NCBI GenBank assembly: GCA_963847625.1
Contig: CAWKAR010000033.1
Location: forward strand, 79,780 to 143,779
DNA: 64,000 nucleotides
DNA from: a candidate division FCPU426 bacterium
GTDB taxonomy: Bacteria; Oederibacteriota; Muellerivitia; Muellerivitales; Muellerivitaceae
Direction of reading: 5' to 3'
Position 1 is the first letter of the stretch. Every line of letters starts with the position of its first letter. The notes below the pieces were generated by a model. That model made no database searches. It was not told where the DNA came from and saw only the letters and a list, made by a program, of their open reading frames with translations. A program made the translations under genes and the position numbers. Below are positions 39,909 through 49,136 of this stretch, piece by piece.

Positions 39909-40835
39909 CTATCGCCAGAAATCTTCGTAACCCAGGATTTTAAGCCAGGGGCCCGCTTGTTCGCCGACTTGCTTGCGTTCCTCGGCGCTTAATTCCTTCG
40001 CGGTAGCCATATTGGCCTCGGACGTGGGGGTCCGGATGGTGCCCCAAGGATGAACCGTTTGGAGGGGTTGACTGTTCCATGACGGCTTCGCGAGTGTCGG
40101 CGCGGATTTCAAGCCGGCTTTTTCGCAAAAAGCGCCGAGCACACCCACGGGATCCTTCACGATATCCTCAAAACGAAGGACATGCACCCGTTTGGGCTCG
40201 CGTTCCTTCCAAAGCAGGGCGTAATACTGGCAAAGCGTCCAACCGATCAAGTAATGTTCGAGGGAAAGGGGAACAGCCCGTTTCTTGGTGTCCGCGTAGG
40301 CGGACCAAGGGTTGCGGACGATGTGAAGGATTTGGAAATCCGGCGAATCCGCCAAAATCCTGGGGGCGTCCACGACGATGATGGGGCTGTAACCCACATA
40401 AGCCTGAGGATCGGACGGCCTTTTATAATCCTTCCAAGCCTCAAAGGTTGAATAGTAGAAGGATTCCACAATCCGGGCGCGGGTTCTCGGCCCCTTGGCC
40501 AGGTGTTCGATGAAGATTTTCCTGCGCTCGGCGTCGTCCAATTGCATCGGCGTGTCGCGGAACTTGCTCGACTGGGGAGTCTTGATGCGCACCTTGCATT
40601 CCTCGTCGATAATGGCGTGATAATCCCCCGCCGGGGATGCGCTGAGATCAAAAACCGGCCAGCGGTACTTTTGGGGGAATGTCGACTCGAAATGGTCCCG
40701 TACCAGGCGGGTGCCCGGCTGGGACTCGAAAGGATATACGAACAGCTGGGGATGGCCGTCGAGCAGGCGGTGCGTCGTATTGCCGCCATTTTCGTACATC
40801 GCGGAGATCATGATCAGCTTGAATTTGTCGGGCAT
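39909..40835 (-). CDS. Sulfotransferase-like protein
   Basis: TTHRLLDGHPQL, ILHIVRNPW...S, LRFEDIVKDP. Confidence 0.75.
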   Translation of the reverse strand: MPDKFKLIMISAMYENGGNTTHRLLDGHPQLFVYPFESQPGTRLVRDHFESTFPQKYRWPVFDLSASPAGDYHAIIDEECKVRIKTPQSSKFRDTPMQLDDAERRKIFIEHLAKGPRTRARIVESFYYSTFEAWKDYKRPSDPQAYVGYSPIIVVDAPRILADSPDFQILHIVRNPWSAYADTKKRAVPLSLEHYLIGWTLCQYYALLWKEREPKRVHVLRFEDIVKDPVGVLGAFCEKAGLKSAPTLAKPSWNSQPLQTVHPWGTIRTPTSEANMATAKELSAEERKQVGEQAGPWLKILGYEDFWR

Positions 40836-41022
40836 GGCACGCTCCAAAATTTATTAAGGTTGAACACTTCACTTAAAAACAAGAATAATAATCATATCGC
40901 AGGAATCATCATTCCTAAAATCAAATATTTCGACAAACATGATTAAAAAAACCGAAAATCCATGAAATTTCCAATCAAAATACGAGAAATATGATAACAA
41001 CATTTCAGTTATGGAAAACTAT

Positions 41023-41225
41023 ACCGGCTGCCATGGCCCCTGGCTTGTGCCGATTTTCATAACAGACTTATGGGGAATCGGTGCATGCCCCGGCCAAGTA
41101 GCGACCCGAAACCCTGCCTACGCTGTGCCGATCTACAAGAAATAAATAATGAAATCGGTACTTTACCGACCTGCCCAAAAGCCTAATGGATAGTCGGCAT
41201 GTGGTGCGGAGGGCCATCTCTTGAC
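41023..41225. repeat. Composite palindromic repeat element, copy A
   Basis: Shares ACCGGCTG..GGCCCC, CATGCCCCGGCCAAGT.GCGAC.CGAA and terminal CTTGAC with 47702..47805; shares AATGGATAGTCGGCATG and GCGGAGGGC with the reverse complement of 50645..50769. Confidence 0.85.
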
Positions 41226-41455
41226 AAATCAGCCAGGATTTTTAAGAAGAAACGATTTGACCCTTCAAAGGACATTGTTGGGGGAAGCGAACAAAGTCCT
41301 TGCCCTGAGGAATGTTAACAGGCTGACGGAAATTCACCGTGTTACTATGGGGCCTCCGAAACCCACTCCCCCACTTGATGAAGTGTCCCCGCTTGAACCC
41401 TAGGTTGGTTTTTTTGCGAAAATGAATCAGTAAAATTATTAAAAATCGTATTGAA

Positions 41456-43474
41456 TCACCACTTGTCAGACCGGGGTTCGAAAGGGACGATCTTGTGGCG
41501 GATCAGTTCAAAGGCCAACCAAGAAGCGACAAGGATATGACCCCCCCGGTACATATGGTCATTTCCTCCGATTTCCGAAAGGGGATAAAAACTAACGCGG
41601 AAGGTCTTCATTTCAGGACTCAAATCGAAGTAATCGACATGGGCTTTCTCACAAACTTTCTTGAAGACGTCCATGCTCATCTGCGGCAATACTGTCCCGG
41701 GCAAGGTAAACAGGGCTTCCTCCAGCCTAACCGGGTTTCCTTGCGAGGTCTTTATTGCGTTCAGCTTTTTCTTCAAAAGCGCCACCGGCTCCGAGATCAT
41801 TTGAGCGGCGCAATCCACTAGTTCAGGATCCGTAGGTTTGGCGGGCAACATCCATTGGATCGTGTTGATGGGGTTAATGAGACAGTACTTTTTGGCGAGG
41901 AGCAGGTCCAAAAATTTCCTCGGGGTGCCTTTGGTCCTTTCCAGGACGGGCTTCAGAATAAACTCAGGATCGAACGTGTACGAGGGAATGCCTTCGTCGG
42001 TCAGGGGCTTTTGAAAATAACCCCCCACCAAAAAGTCGGGAGGATAAAGGCACATAACCAAGTCCACGTCGAACTTCTTGGCGAGGTCGGGTATCGTGTA
42101 ATAGGACCAGATCACAAAGTCATCGTCCACCGCCCTCGACGAATTGAAAACCTCGAAACGAGTCGGTACATCCCAAAGGCAGGCCATCATATTGAGGGTC
42201 TCCTCCAACCGCTTGCATATGCCGTTACTGCGTTGCCCATAGACCCCATCTGGCGAAGGATTGGGATCCTCAGGCATGACGCCCGCGGAGCGCGAATCGC
42301 CAAAGAGAATAATGCGAAATGTATGGGGTGGTTTTTTCCAGGGATACTCATAGTCCAGAAGGCCGCCGGTGTTTCCCAAATGAGGAGCTTGCAGGTCGTA
42401 CAAATCCATTTCGCGATAGGAGGTCACGATGTTGAGTTGGGGGTGCGAGAAGAAAAGTTTGCGCTCCGATTGCGGGTCCGGAATCAAAGCCATGGGAGAA
42501 CTGTCATGGATATCGCTGAAAAAGGCCTCCAGAAGTGGATCCTTGGTCGTTTTTCCCCAGACCGAAACGAAAGTGACGGGTTGATATTGCGGGAGCAGGC
42601 GGGCCAGGGGGGCGGTATCCATCCTTTGGACCGCGTAGAGGATTTTCCCGGCCCAGGCCAAGCTTTCAATTTTTTCCCCATGTGCGCAGAGGTTCCAATT
42701 GAAGGTGGCCGCCTGTCCGGCGGCGGTGACGGGAACGCCCTCGTAAACCTCTTGCCCCGCTTGGTTCGCCACGTAAAGCCGGTCGCCGGCCCCACAGAGG
42801 GCCGCTGGCTTGGGGATTTCGGCCTTCCCTTGAAAGAGCGTGGTGACTTGGTGCGTCTTCAAATCCAATGCCCTCATGGCCCCAGGGTCCGGCTGGGTAA
42901 AGAAAAGTTTCCCTTGGGAGGCCAGGTAAACCATGTTTCCCACGATTCCCACCTGGGCTTTATCGCCTATTCCATCGCTGACACCGGCCTGGCCGTTCCC
43001 GGCCAAGGTGGACACGGTTTTCGTTTTCAGGTTGATCAAGCGAATGCGGGAATTGCCCTCATCGCTGACGGCGATTTGATCATCCGGGAGGACGGCCAGT
43101 TGATTGGGAAGGTTGAACACGGCGGCGGAAAGGGAGCCGTCCTTAAAGCCGGCTTGGCCTGTCCCCGCCACAGTGGAAACCTGGTTGGCATGTTCAAAAT
43201 CCACCATTCGGACGCAATGGTTGCCCCGGTCGGCGACGTAAAGCTTGGTTCCCTCCGGGTTGATGGCCATTCCGCAGGGATTGTTAAAACGGGAGGAATA
43301 AAAGACCCCGTTGATCAATCCTGGGTCCCAGTCGCCGGCCACCAGGTCCTGGAAGCTGCTCATGGGACCGATGGCCAGGGAGGGAAGGGGAATCAAAAGC
43401 GAAATGATTAGCGGACATAGGAATCGCTTCATCACCCCAAGGGCTGTTCCCTGAAGAACCAGTCTTCGTTTCAT
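41456..43474 (-). CDS. Exported protein with NHL-repeat beta-propeller and C-terminal SGNH-like domain
   Basis: GGAGG RBS; signal-like segment; NHL repeats (LYVADRGNHCVR, VSTVAGTGQAGFKDG, FNLP); LFGDS block and GGNDH. Confidence 0.75.
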   Translation of the reverse strand: MKRRLVLQGTALGVMKRFLCPLIISLLIPLPSLAIGPMSSFQDLVAGDWDPGLINGVFYSSRFNNPCGMAINPEGTKLYVADRGNHCVRMVDFEHANQVSTVAGTGQAGFKDGSLSAAVFNLPNQLAVLPDDQIAVSDEGNSRIRLINLKTKTVSTLAGNGQAGVSDGIGDKAQVGIVGNMVYLASQGKLFFTQPDPGAMRALDLKTHQVTTLFQGKAEIPKPAALCGAGDRLYVANQAGQEVYEGVPVTAAGQAATFNWNLCAHGEKIESLAWAGKILYAVQRMDTAPLARLLPQYQPVTFVSVWGKTTKDPLLEAFFSDIHDSSPMALIPDPQSERKLFFSHPQLNIVTSYREMDLYDLQAPHLGNTGGLLDYEYPWKKPPHTFRIILFGDSRSAGVMPEDPNPSPDGVYGQRSNGICKRLEETLNMMACLWDVPTRFEVFNSSRAVDDDFVIWSYYTIPDLAKKFDVDLVMCLYPPDFLVGGYFQKPLTDEGIPSYTFDPEFILKPVLERTKGTPRKFLDLLLAKKYCLINPINTIQWMLPAKPTDPELVDCAAQMISEPVALLKKKLNAIKTSQGNPVRLEEALFTLPGTVLPQMSMDVFKKVCEKAHVDYFDLSPEMKTFRVSFYPLSEIGGNDHMYRGGHILVASWLAFELIRHKIVPFEPRSDKW

Positions 43475-43926
43475 ACTTGCCTCCGGATCCAATTTAAAAT
43501 TCACTAGGGAGAATCGGCGCATATCCTCCCCTGACAAAAACCCCAAAAACGTCCCTGTAGCTTATCCCAATCACCTTCAGGGGGCAACTTATAAGGAAAG
43601 ATTCCAAGGTTGAATATGCTGAGATGATAAAAAAATACTTGGATTAAAGAAAAACCCCTACCGATTTTTATATCGAGGGGTTTTATCTCTTTTTGTCATC
43701 ATAATAAAAAGTGTAATTATGGGCGTGTCAGATGTCCTACAATCCGAAAATGTGTCATAGAGCTAATAGTTATTGATCACATCTTCTACTCTAGACGGCA
43801 AAAAACCGATTTATTTCATAAATTTTATCATATTGGTAAAAACCTTATAGTTTTCCTTATTATCTGAACCAAATTCTGGTATGACGTTTCAAACAGACGA
43901 GTGAAAGAGAAAGGATGCATGGGAAC

Positions 43927-44577
43927 ATGAGCGACGACCGAATAGAAGATCGCCGGGACATGGTGAAGGAGCAATTGGAAAAGCGGGCCATCCGGAATCC
44001 CCTGGTCCTGCAGGCCATGCTGGATATTCCGCGGCACCTCTTCGTGCCGTCCCACTTGCAGGATGAGGCCTACCGTGACGGCGCTCTCGATCTCGGGAAA
44101 AATCAATCCATCAGCCAGCCCTATATCGTTGCCTCCATGATTCAATCCATCGAGCCCCAAAACACCCACCGGGTCCTGGAAGTTGGGACGGGGAGCGGTT
44201 ATTCGGCGGCGGTCCTGTCCCACCTGGTGGAAAAGGTCTATTCCATCGAACGGGACGAAAGCCTGATCGCCCCGGCCTTGAAGATATTCAAAGATTTAAA
44301 CATAACCAATATCCTGGTGAAAAAAGGGGACGGCTCGCTCGGTTGGGCCGAGGAGGGACCCTTTGATGCGATCCTTGTGACCGCGGCGGCCCCCCAGGTC
44401 CCTCCCGCCCTGGTGGCGCAATTAAAGGTAGGCGGTGTCCTCGTGCTTCCCATCGGGGGGCGGGGAGAGCAAAAACTTTTCAGGGTGGTCAAGCGCGGAG
44501 AAGGCCGTTACCAGGAAAAAGAGCTTTACGCCGTCCGGTTCGTCCCCTTGATCGGGGAACAAGGTTGGAAGGAATAA
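43927..44577 (+). CDS. pcm: Protein-L-isoaspartate O-methyltransferase
   Basis: PRHLFVP, SISQPYIVA, VLEVGTGSGY, GDGSLGW, PFDAILVTAA, VRFVPL. Confidence 0.95.
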   Translation: MSDDRIEDRRDMVKEQLEKRAIRNPLVLQAMLDIPRHLFVPSHLQDEAYRDGALDLGKNQSISQPYIVASMIQSIEPQNTHRVLEVGTGSGYSAAVLSHLVEKVYSIERDESLIAPALKIFKDLNITNILVKKGDGSLGWAEEGPFDAILVTAAAPQVPPALVAQLKVGGVLVLPIGGRGEQKLFRVVKRGEGRYQEKELYAVRFVPLIGEQGWKE

Positions 44578-44582
44578 CGATC

Positions 44583-45449
44583 ATGAATCGCCCAAATACC
44601 AAGCTGCCGGAAACTGATTGGTTTACCTTCGCGAAAATAATTTTCCCGGTTTTTTCCGTGGTATTAACAGGGTTTTTTACCCAACCAAGTTTGTGCCGGG
44701 CCGAGGACCAAGAAAAGTCCGCCGCGTATGAGTTCCAAAAGGGTTTGGCGGCCCTTCAAGAGCGGAACTTCGAGGAAGCCAAGAAGTGGTTCCTTTATTC
44801 CGCGAACAAGGGGTATCCCGACGCCCAGTACTTCGTGGGATACATGGATTCCAAGGGTTGGGTCGGGCAGGTGGACTGGGACCAGGCCTTCCTCTGGTTC
44901 AAGAAATCGGCGAAAGCCGGAAAAAAAGAAGCCCAATATCAAACAGCCAGCTGTTATTTCGACGGAAAAGGAACGAAAAAGGACCCGGCCCTGGGCATGG
45001 AATGGCTGGAGAAATCCGTGAACCAGGGGGAGCCGGACGCCGAGTGCCGTTTGGGGATTTGTTACGCCCGGGGGGAAGGGGTCACAAAAAACCCAGTGAT
45101 GGCCACGAAATGTTTCAAATCGGCCCTGGAACACGGCTGTAAATTGATCCCCCCAGACCCGGCCCGGATGAACCTGGAGGGGGCTTCCGTAATGGTGGAG
45201 GGCTATTTAAAGGCGAATACCGATAAAACCTCCGGGAAGACGACGGGCTGGGTTCTCTTCCTCGAGAAGCCGATCGCTCTGGGAAAGAAAAAAAACATCG
45301 CGGCCCTCCAGGTGGACCCGGCCCAAGTGACGGACGAAATGTCCCAACAAAGGGTTTTTATAAGGGGCATTTACCATTGGCTTACCAACCCCCAACAGGG
45401 GTTCGAGTTGGAAGTCATTCCCACCCGGATCAATGTGCAGGATCAATAA
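44583..45449 (+). CDS. Sel1-repeat exported protein
   Basis: Repeats such as AQYFVGYM..KG, AFLWFKKSA, AECRLGICYARGEGV. Confidence 0.85.
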   Translation: MNRPNTKLPETDWFTFAKIIFPVFSVVLTGFFTQPSLCRAEDQEKSAAYEFQKGLAALQERNFEEAKKWFLYSANKGYPDAQYFVGYMDSKGWVGQVDWDQAFLWFKKSAKAGKKEAQYQTASCYFDGKGTKKDPALGMEWLEKSVNQGEPDAECRLGICYARGEGVTKNPVMATKCFKSALEHGCKLIPPDPARMNLEGASVMVEGYLKANTDKTSGKTTGWVLFLEKPIALGKKKNIAALQVDPAQVTDEMSQQRVFIRGIYHWLTNPQQGFELEVIPTRINVQDQ

Positions 45450-45468
45450 TCCGCCTGTTTCCGGGAAG

Positions 45469-47661
45469 TCATTTCTTTTGAGTGATCTTGCCGAAAGCTG
45501 AGGCGGGTACCATCTCCCAACCTTTGTCGCCGGGTTTTTCCCAAATCAAATGAACCGCCAGGTTGGAGCCCTGATCCTTCTCGAATTCCAGCCGGATGGG
45601 ATGGGACCCGGTCCTGAGGGATACCGGCTTCTCCAGAAGAATGGGTTTGTTGTCCAGGGACAACCTGGCCCGGTCCGTGGTCAATACTTGGAACTGGTAA
45701 TTTCCTTTGCGGGGGACGGTCAGGCTTCCATCCCACCGGATGCGGAAGGGAGGGGCGGCGGTGAAGGGGAATTCCCATTTGGTGCCGAAATTCAAAAGGG
45801 CATCCCACCGAACCACCAATGGCCGGGCCTTCCAACGGCCCGACTGGATGTAAACGCCCTTCAAACCCCGGTCCCAAGGCTTGTAACTGGAGAAGGTTTC
45901 CTTTGCGACCGCGTCCACGTACACCAAGGTATGGCCCAGGGCGTCCCTCAACCCCGTTTGCTGGCCCATGGGAAACAATAGCTGGAGGAAATCCAGTGTG
46001 CCGGCTTTATCCTCGCCTAAGAGGAATATCGAGTCCTTATCGGCGGGGAGGCGGCCGCGGGAAAGGGCCGCCAGGCTGAAGGCCGACATGTTGCCCCGGG
46101 CCGAGTAACCCAAAAAGTCCACGGTGTGATTTTTATAATAAAAGGGCTCGATATAGTAATAAAAGCCCCCGGGGACGTGGCGTTCCAAGTCTTCCAAAGT
46201 CCGGCCGATATAGGTTTGCTCCACCCCGAAACTCCTCCAGCATTCCTCGTTTCCGGCTTGGTCCGCGAAATAAGTGCGGGCATTTTGCGAGGCGATGATA
46301 CCCAACAAAAGATATAGAAGAACCGCCGGAATCCTTGAGCCCCGGAAAGCCCCGGCTTTTTGCCAGAAAAAATCCAACGCGCTGCCGGCGAAATAGGCCG
46401 CGAAAGGCGTCAAAGCCACCAGGCGGTTGGAATGCGACACATCGGTGGATAGGAGCCCGGGAAGGGCCATGACCCAAAATCCCCAGAGTGAATAAAAGCC
46501 GGAGGGTTCCCGTCTTTTTCTCCAAAGAAGCGCCAGGCCCAGGACAAAAAGGATGGCGGTGGAGTCGTCGAGCATCCGATGGCCGGGAATGTTGTGGCGG
46601 GGATTCCGGTCCCCGGAGCGGTTGAACATCAAGGCGGTTCCGGTCCAGACGTCCCAAAGGGGTTCCAAGCTCTTCTGCCGCAAGATCTCGGTGCCGATGA
46701 ATAATTCCTTCTCCCGGTGCCCGATATTTCCCCGGCTCCACATGCAGGCCAGGAGCGGCGCGGTCAGGGCCAGCACCAACAGGAAATAAATCAGGATAGG
46801 CCGAAGCATGTTTTTCCTTTTACGCACGACCAACTCGTAAAAAGAAAAAACCACCATGAGCAGAGGCACGATCTTGAAGGCCTGGTAAGTGTAGAAGCCG
46901 GCACTTACAAACAATGCGGAAAGATAAAAGGCCCACTTCTTACCGCTTTGAAGCCAGTGGGACCAAAAGGCGATTGCCCCGAAGAGGTAGAAGGGAACCT
47001 GGAGGCTGGGGTAGCCGTTGCGGGTTTCGATCCAATTCCAACGCATGACGGCCAGGAGGAACAAAGAAAAAAGCGCCGTGCGTTGCCCGGACCATTGCCG
47101 GATGGCCCAGTAAACCAAGGGGAAGGCGGCCAGGGACAGGAGGATGAAGAAGAGGTGGAAAGTGAAATAGGAAGAACCCACCAGGCCGAACCATCCCGCC
47201 AATTGGTAGAAGAGAAGGATCTCGGGCACCTCGTAGTCCAACAACTCCCCGAAAGGGCGCCAGCCCTCGTGCAGGATGCGCAAGGCGCAAAGGCCGGTCA
47301 AACCCTGGTCGGTATGCATTCCCGAGGGCATGGAATCCAGGCGGTAGACCCGGAGAAAAAAGCCCAATCCCAGGATCAGCGCGGCCAGTAGGATCTCGAT
47401 TTTCAAGGGAAGAGGGTTGGAGATGGCTGGGGAAGGGGAGGAAAGGCCCCGGAGCTTCCAAAGAGCCAACCCGTAGAACAACAGGCCGGGCCAAAGAGTG
47501 AGGGGGTTTCCGGTCCTGGAAAGAAAAGCCTGTCCCACCAGGGCCAGGATGAGTACCGGAAAAACCGGCATAAACGGTGAAATGGACGGTGCCGGCCTTT
47601 TTTCCGGATTTTTAAAAAGTTGGGATAAAACCAACTCAAAACTCCTTTTTAGTTTGTTCAA
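45469..47661 (-). CDS. GT-C (GT39-like) glycosyltransferase with C-terminal PA14 domain
   Basis: RVYRLDSMPSGMHTDQG, GFYTY, GDRNPRHN; C-terminal GLKGVY...FRIRWDGSL...GNYQF...VPASAF. Confidence 0.8.
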   Translation of the reverse strand: MNKLKRSFELVLSQLFKNPEKRPAPSISPFMPVFPVLILALVGQAFLSRTGNPLTLWPGLLFYGLALWKLRGLSSPSPAISNPLPLKIEILLAALILGLGFFLRVYRLDSMPSGMHTDQGLTGLCALRILHEGWRPFGELLDYEVPEILLFYQLAGWFGLVGSSYFTFHLFFILLSLAAFPLVYWAIRQWSGQRTALFSLFLLAVMRWNWIETRNGYPSLQVPFYLFGAIAFWSHWLQSGKKWAFYLSALFVSAGFYTYQAFKIVPLLMVVFSFYELVVRKRKNMLRPILIYFLLVLALTAPLLACMWSRGNIGHREKELFIGTEILRQKSLEPLWDVWTGTALMFNRSGDRNPRHNIPGHRMLDDSTAILFVLGLALLWRKRREPSGFYSLWGFWVMALPGLLSTDVSHSNRLVALTPFAAYFAGSALDFFWQKAGAFRGSRIPAVLLYLLLGIIASQNARTYFADQAGNEECWRSFGVEQTYIGRTLEDLERHVPGGFYYYIEPFYYKNHTVDFLGYSARGNMSAFSLAALSRGRLPADKDSIFLLGEDKAGTLDFLQLLFPMGQQTGLRDALGHTLVYVDAVAKETFSSYKPWDRGLKGVYIQSGRWKARPLVVRWDALLNFGTKWEFPFTAAPPFRIRWDGSLTVPRKGNYQFQVLTTDRARLSLDNKPILLEKPVSLRTGSHPIRLEFEKDQGSNLAVHLIWEKPGDKGWEMVPASAFGKITQKK

Positions 47662-47701
47662 AATACCAAACCATCATACTCGAAAAAGGGCATTATCAAC
47701 G

Positions 47702-47805
47702 TTGACCGGCTGGTTTAAGGCCCCGGCTTTAGCCGGGGACAAGCCGTGTACTTGGCCGGGGTACATGCCCCGGCCAAGTGGCGACTCGAAGAGTCGTCCC
47801 TTGAC
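47702..47805. repeat. REP-like palindromic element, copy B (three hairpins, TTGAC at both ends)
   Basis: CCCCGGC-TTTA-GCCGGGG; ACTTGGCCGGGG-TACATG-CCCCGGCCAAGT; CGACTC-GAA-GAGTCG. Confidence 0.85.
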
Positions 47806-47882
47806 GGTGGAGAATGGGCTGAATAGGATAGCTCCGCCGCGTTTGACACGGCTTAAAACGAAATTATCCATATCGAGCCACC

Positions 47883-48269
47883 ATGCTTCCAAGTAAAAAC
47901 TTTCCCCTATTTTCCCTGTCAGCCGGTCCTTTTCGTTCATGGACCCTGATCCCGGCGCTTTTGGTTTGGGCGGCCTTGGCTGTCTACCAACCGGTTCTTT
48001 CCTTGAACCCATTAAGCGGGATCGGCCCTTTGCCCTTGTCCATCGCCGCCGACGCTGTTTTCCTTTTCGTGGTGATGAATCTGTTTGTTTCCTCATTCCT
48101 TTCACCCGACTATTCAATGGTTTTCCGGCTGTTCCTCGCCGGGATGGCCGGGTTGGCTTTTTTCGAAGCGCTTCTCGGGGCGGTGGACTTGGCCTTCGGC
48201 CAGCTCTTTTGGGGCTGGATCTTGGCCGGCATCCATCACCTGATCATTCAAAAGGGGAGGCCGGGTTGA
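47883..48269 (+). CDS. Small multi-TM membrane protein, possibly related to the MnhB N-terminal/DUF4040 region
   Basis: Hydrophobic; AFFEALLGA resembles the ALTEAAVG motif; first gene of a coupled operon. Confidence 0.45.
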   Translation: MLPSKNFPLFSLSAGPFRSWTLIPALLVWAALAVYQPVLSLNPLSGIGPLPLSIAADAVFLFVVMNLFVSSFLSPDYSMVFRLFLAGMAGLAFFEALLGAVDLAFGQLFWGWILAGIHHLIIQKGRPG

Positions 48270-48805
48270 AACGAGCCTCCTGGATTTTAACGGCCCTTCT
48301 GGCCCCGGTGATGTTCTATGCCTGCGTCCAGCTGCCAGGTACGGTGGAACCCTCGTCCCCGCTCGCCTCGCACGTAACCAACCGTTTCCTGGAAAGGGCT
48401 TCCCAGGAAACCGGGTGGTCCCAGCCCGTTCCGGCGATATTGTGCGATTACAGGAGTTTCGACCTTTTCACTTTAAGCGTCTTTTTCTTTGCGATAGTTT
48501 TGCTGGGCCTGCTGCTCGGATTGGAAGAGGACTCCTCTTGCTCTTTCCGCGGAAGGGCCGGGAAAGCGGCCGCCCTGGGCATCCTGGGTTCGGGTATCGG
48601 ATTCCTCTTGGGCGCCTATAGCCTGTGGAAGGGATATAATTTCCTGGATTTCGACCCACTGGCTTCTTTTTTCAAACCAGCCACGGCTAGGTGGACTGGC
48701 TCCTCTTTATTAGGACTGGGGATGGCCGTCGCCTTGACCGGCATCCTCCTCTCTTTCCCCGGGAAACCGGCTATCAGGAAGAAGGAGGAAACCCATGACC
48801 GCTGA
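48266..48805 (+). CDS. MnhB/MbhE-like subunit (TTG start after GGGGAGG)
   Basis: VPAILCDYRSFD matches the V.AIL.DYR.FDT motif. Confidence 0.65.
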   Translation: MKRASWILTALLAPVMFYACVQLPGTVEPSSPLASHVTNRFLERASQETGWSQPVPAILCDYRSFDLFTLSVFFFAIVLLGLLLGLEEDSSCSFRGRAGKAAALGILGSGIGFLLGAYSLWKGYNFLDFDPLASFFKPATARWTGSSLLGLGMAVALTGILLSFPGKPAIRKKEETHDR

Positions 48806-49136
48806 GTGGGAGGTTATTCTCCATTACGCTTTATTAACCCTCCTTTCGTTGGTGGGGTTTCACGGGCTTTTTTTCCATGAAAACCTCCTGAAAAAAGTCC
48901 TGTCCCTCGTTCTTTTCCAATCCGGGTTGATCCTATTGCTTTTGACCTTGGCGAACGTCCGCGGGCGAACCGGGCTTTCCCCGGCGGGGTTGAACCCCTT
49001 GGCCCACGCCTGGGCCTTGCTGCTGGGTTTGGCTTTTATCGGAACCACCCTGGCTCTCCTGATTTTTTGCGCGGCTTTTTTCAGGAAATTCGGATCACTT
49101 GATCCCGATGAAATCGACAAACGGAACGTCTTGTGA
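48795..49136 (+). CDS. MnhC/NuoK-like subunit
   Basis: NLLKKVLSL, NPLAHAWAL, FGSLD; three TM helices. Confidence 0.75.
   Translation: MTAEWEVILHYALLTLLSLVGFHGLFFHENLLKKVLSLVLFQSGLILLLLTLANVRGRTGLSPAGLNPLAHAWALLLGLAFIGTTLALLIFCAAFFRKFGSLDPDEIDKRNVL

Noticed and set aside
41047..41161. GTGCCGAT...ATCGGTAC units as a mini-CRISPR or integron attC
   Set aside because: Only two adjacent copies, the arms are inverted rather than direct repeats, and there is no cas or intI.
34054..41456. Integrase-driven island at tRNA-Val
   Set aside because: No integrase and no duplicated tRNA 3' end (attR) was seen in the window.
41855..43411. 518-aa plus-strand ORF
   Set aside because: It is an antisense shadow of the NHL-SGNH gene with no recognisable motifs.
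47702..47805. IscB omegaRNA or an autonomous IS200/IS605 end
   Set aside because: The hairpin style is similar, but no iscB, tnpB or tnpA is adjacent; kept only as a non-autonomous repeat.
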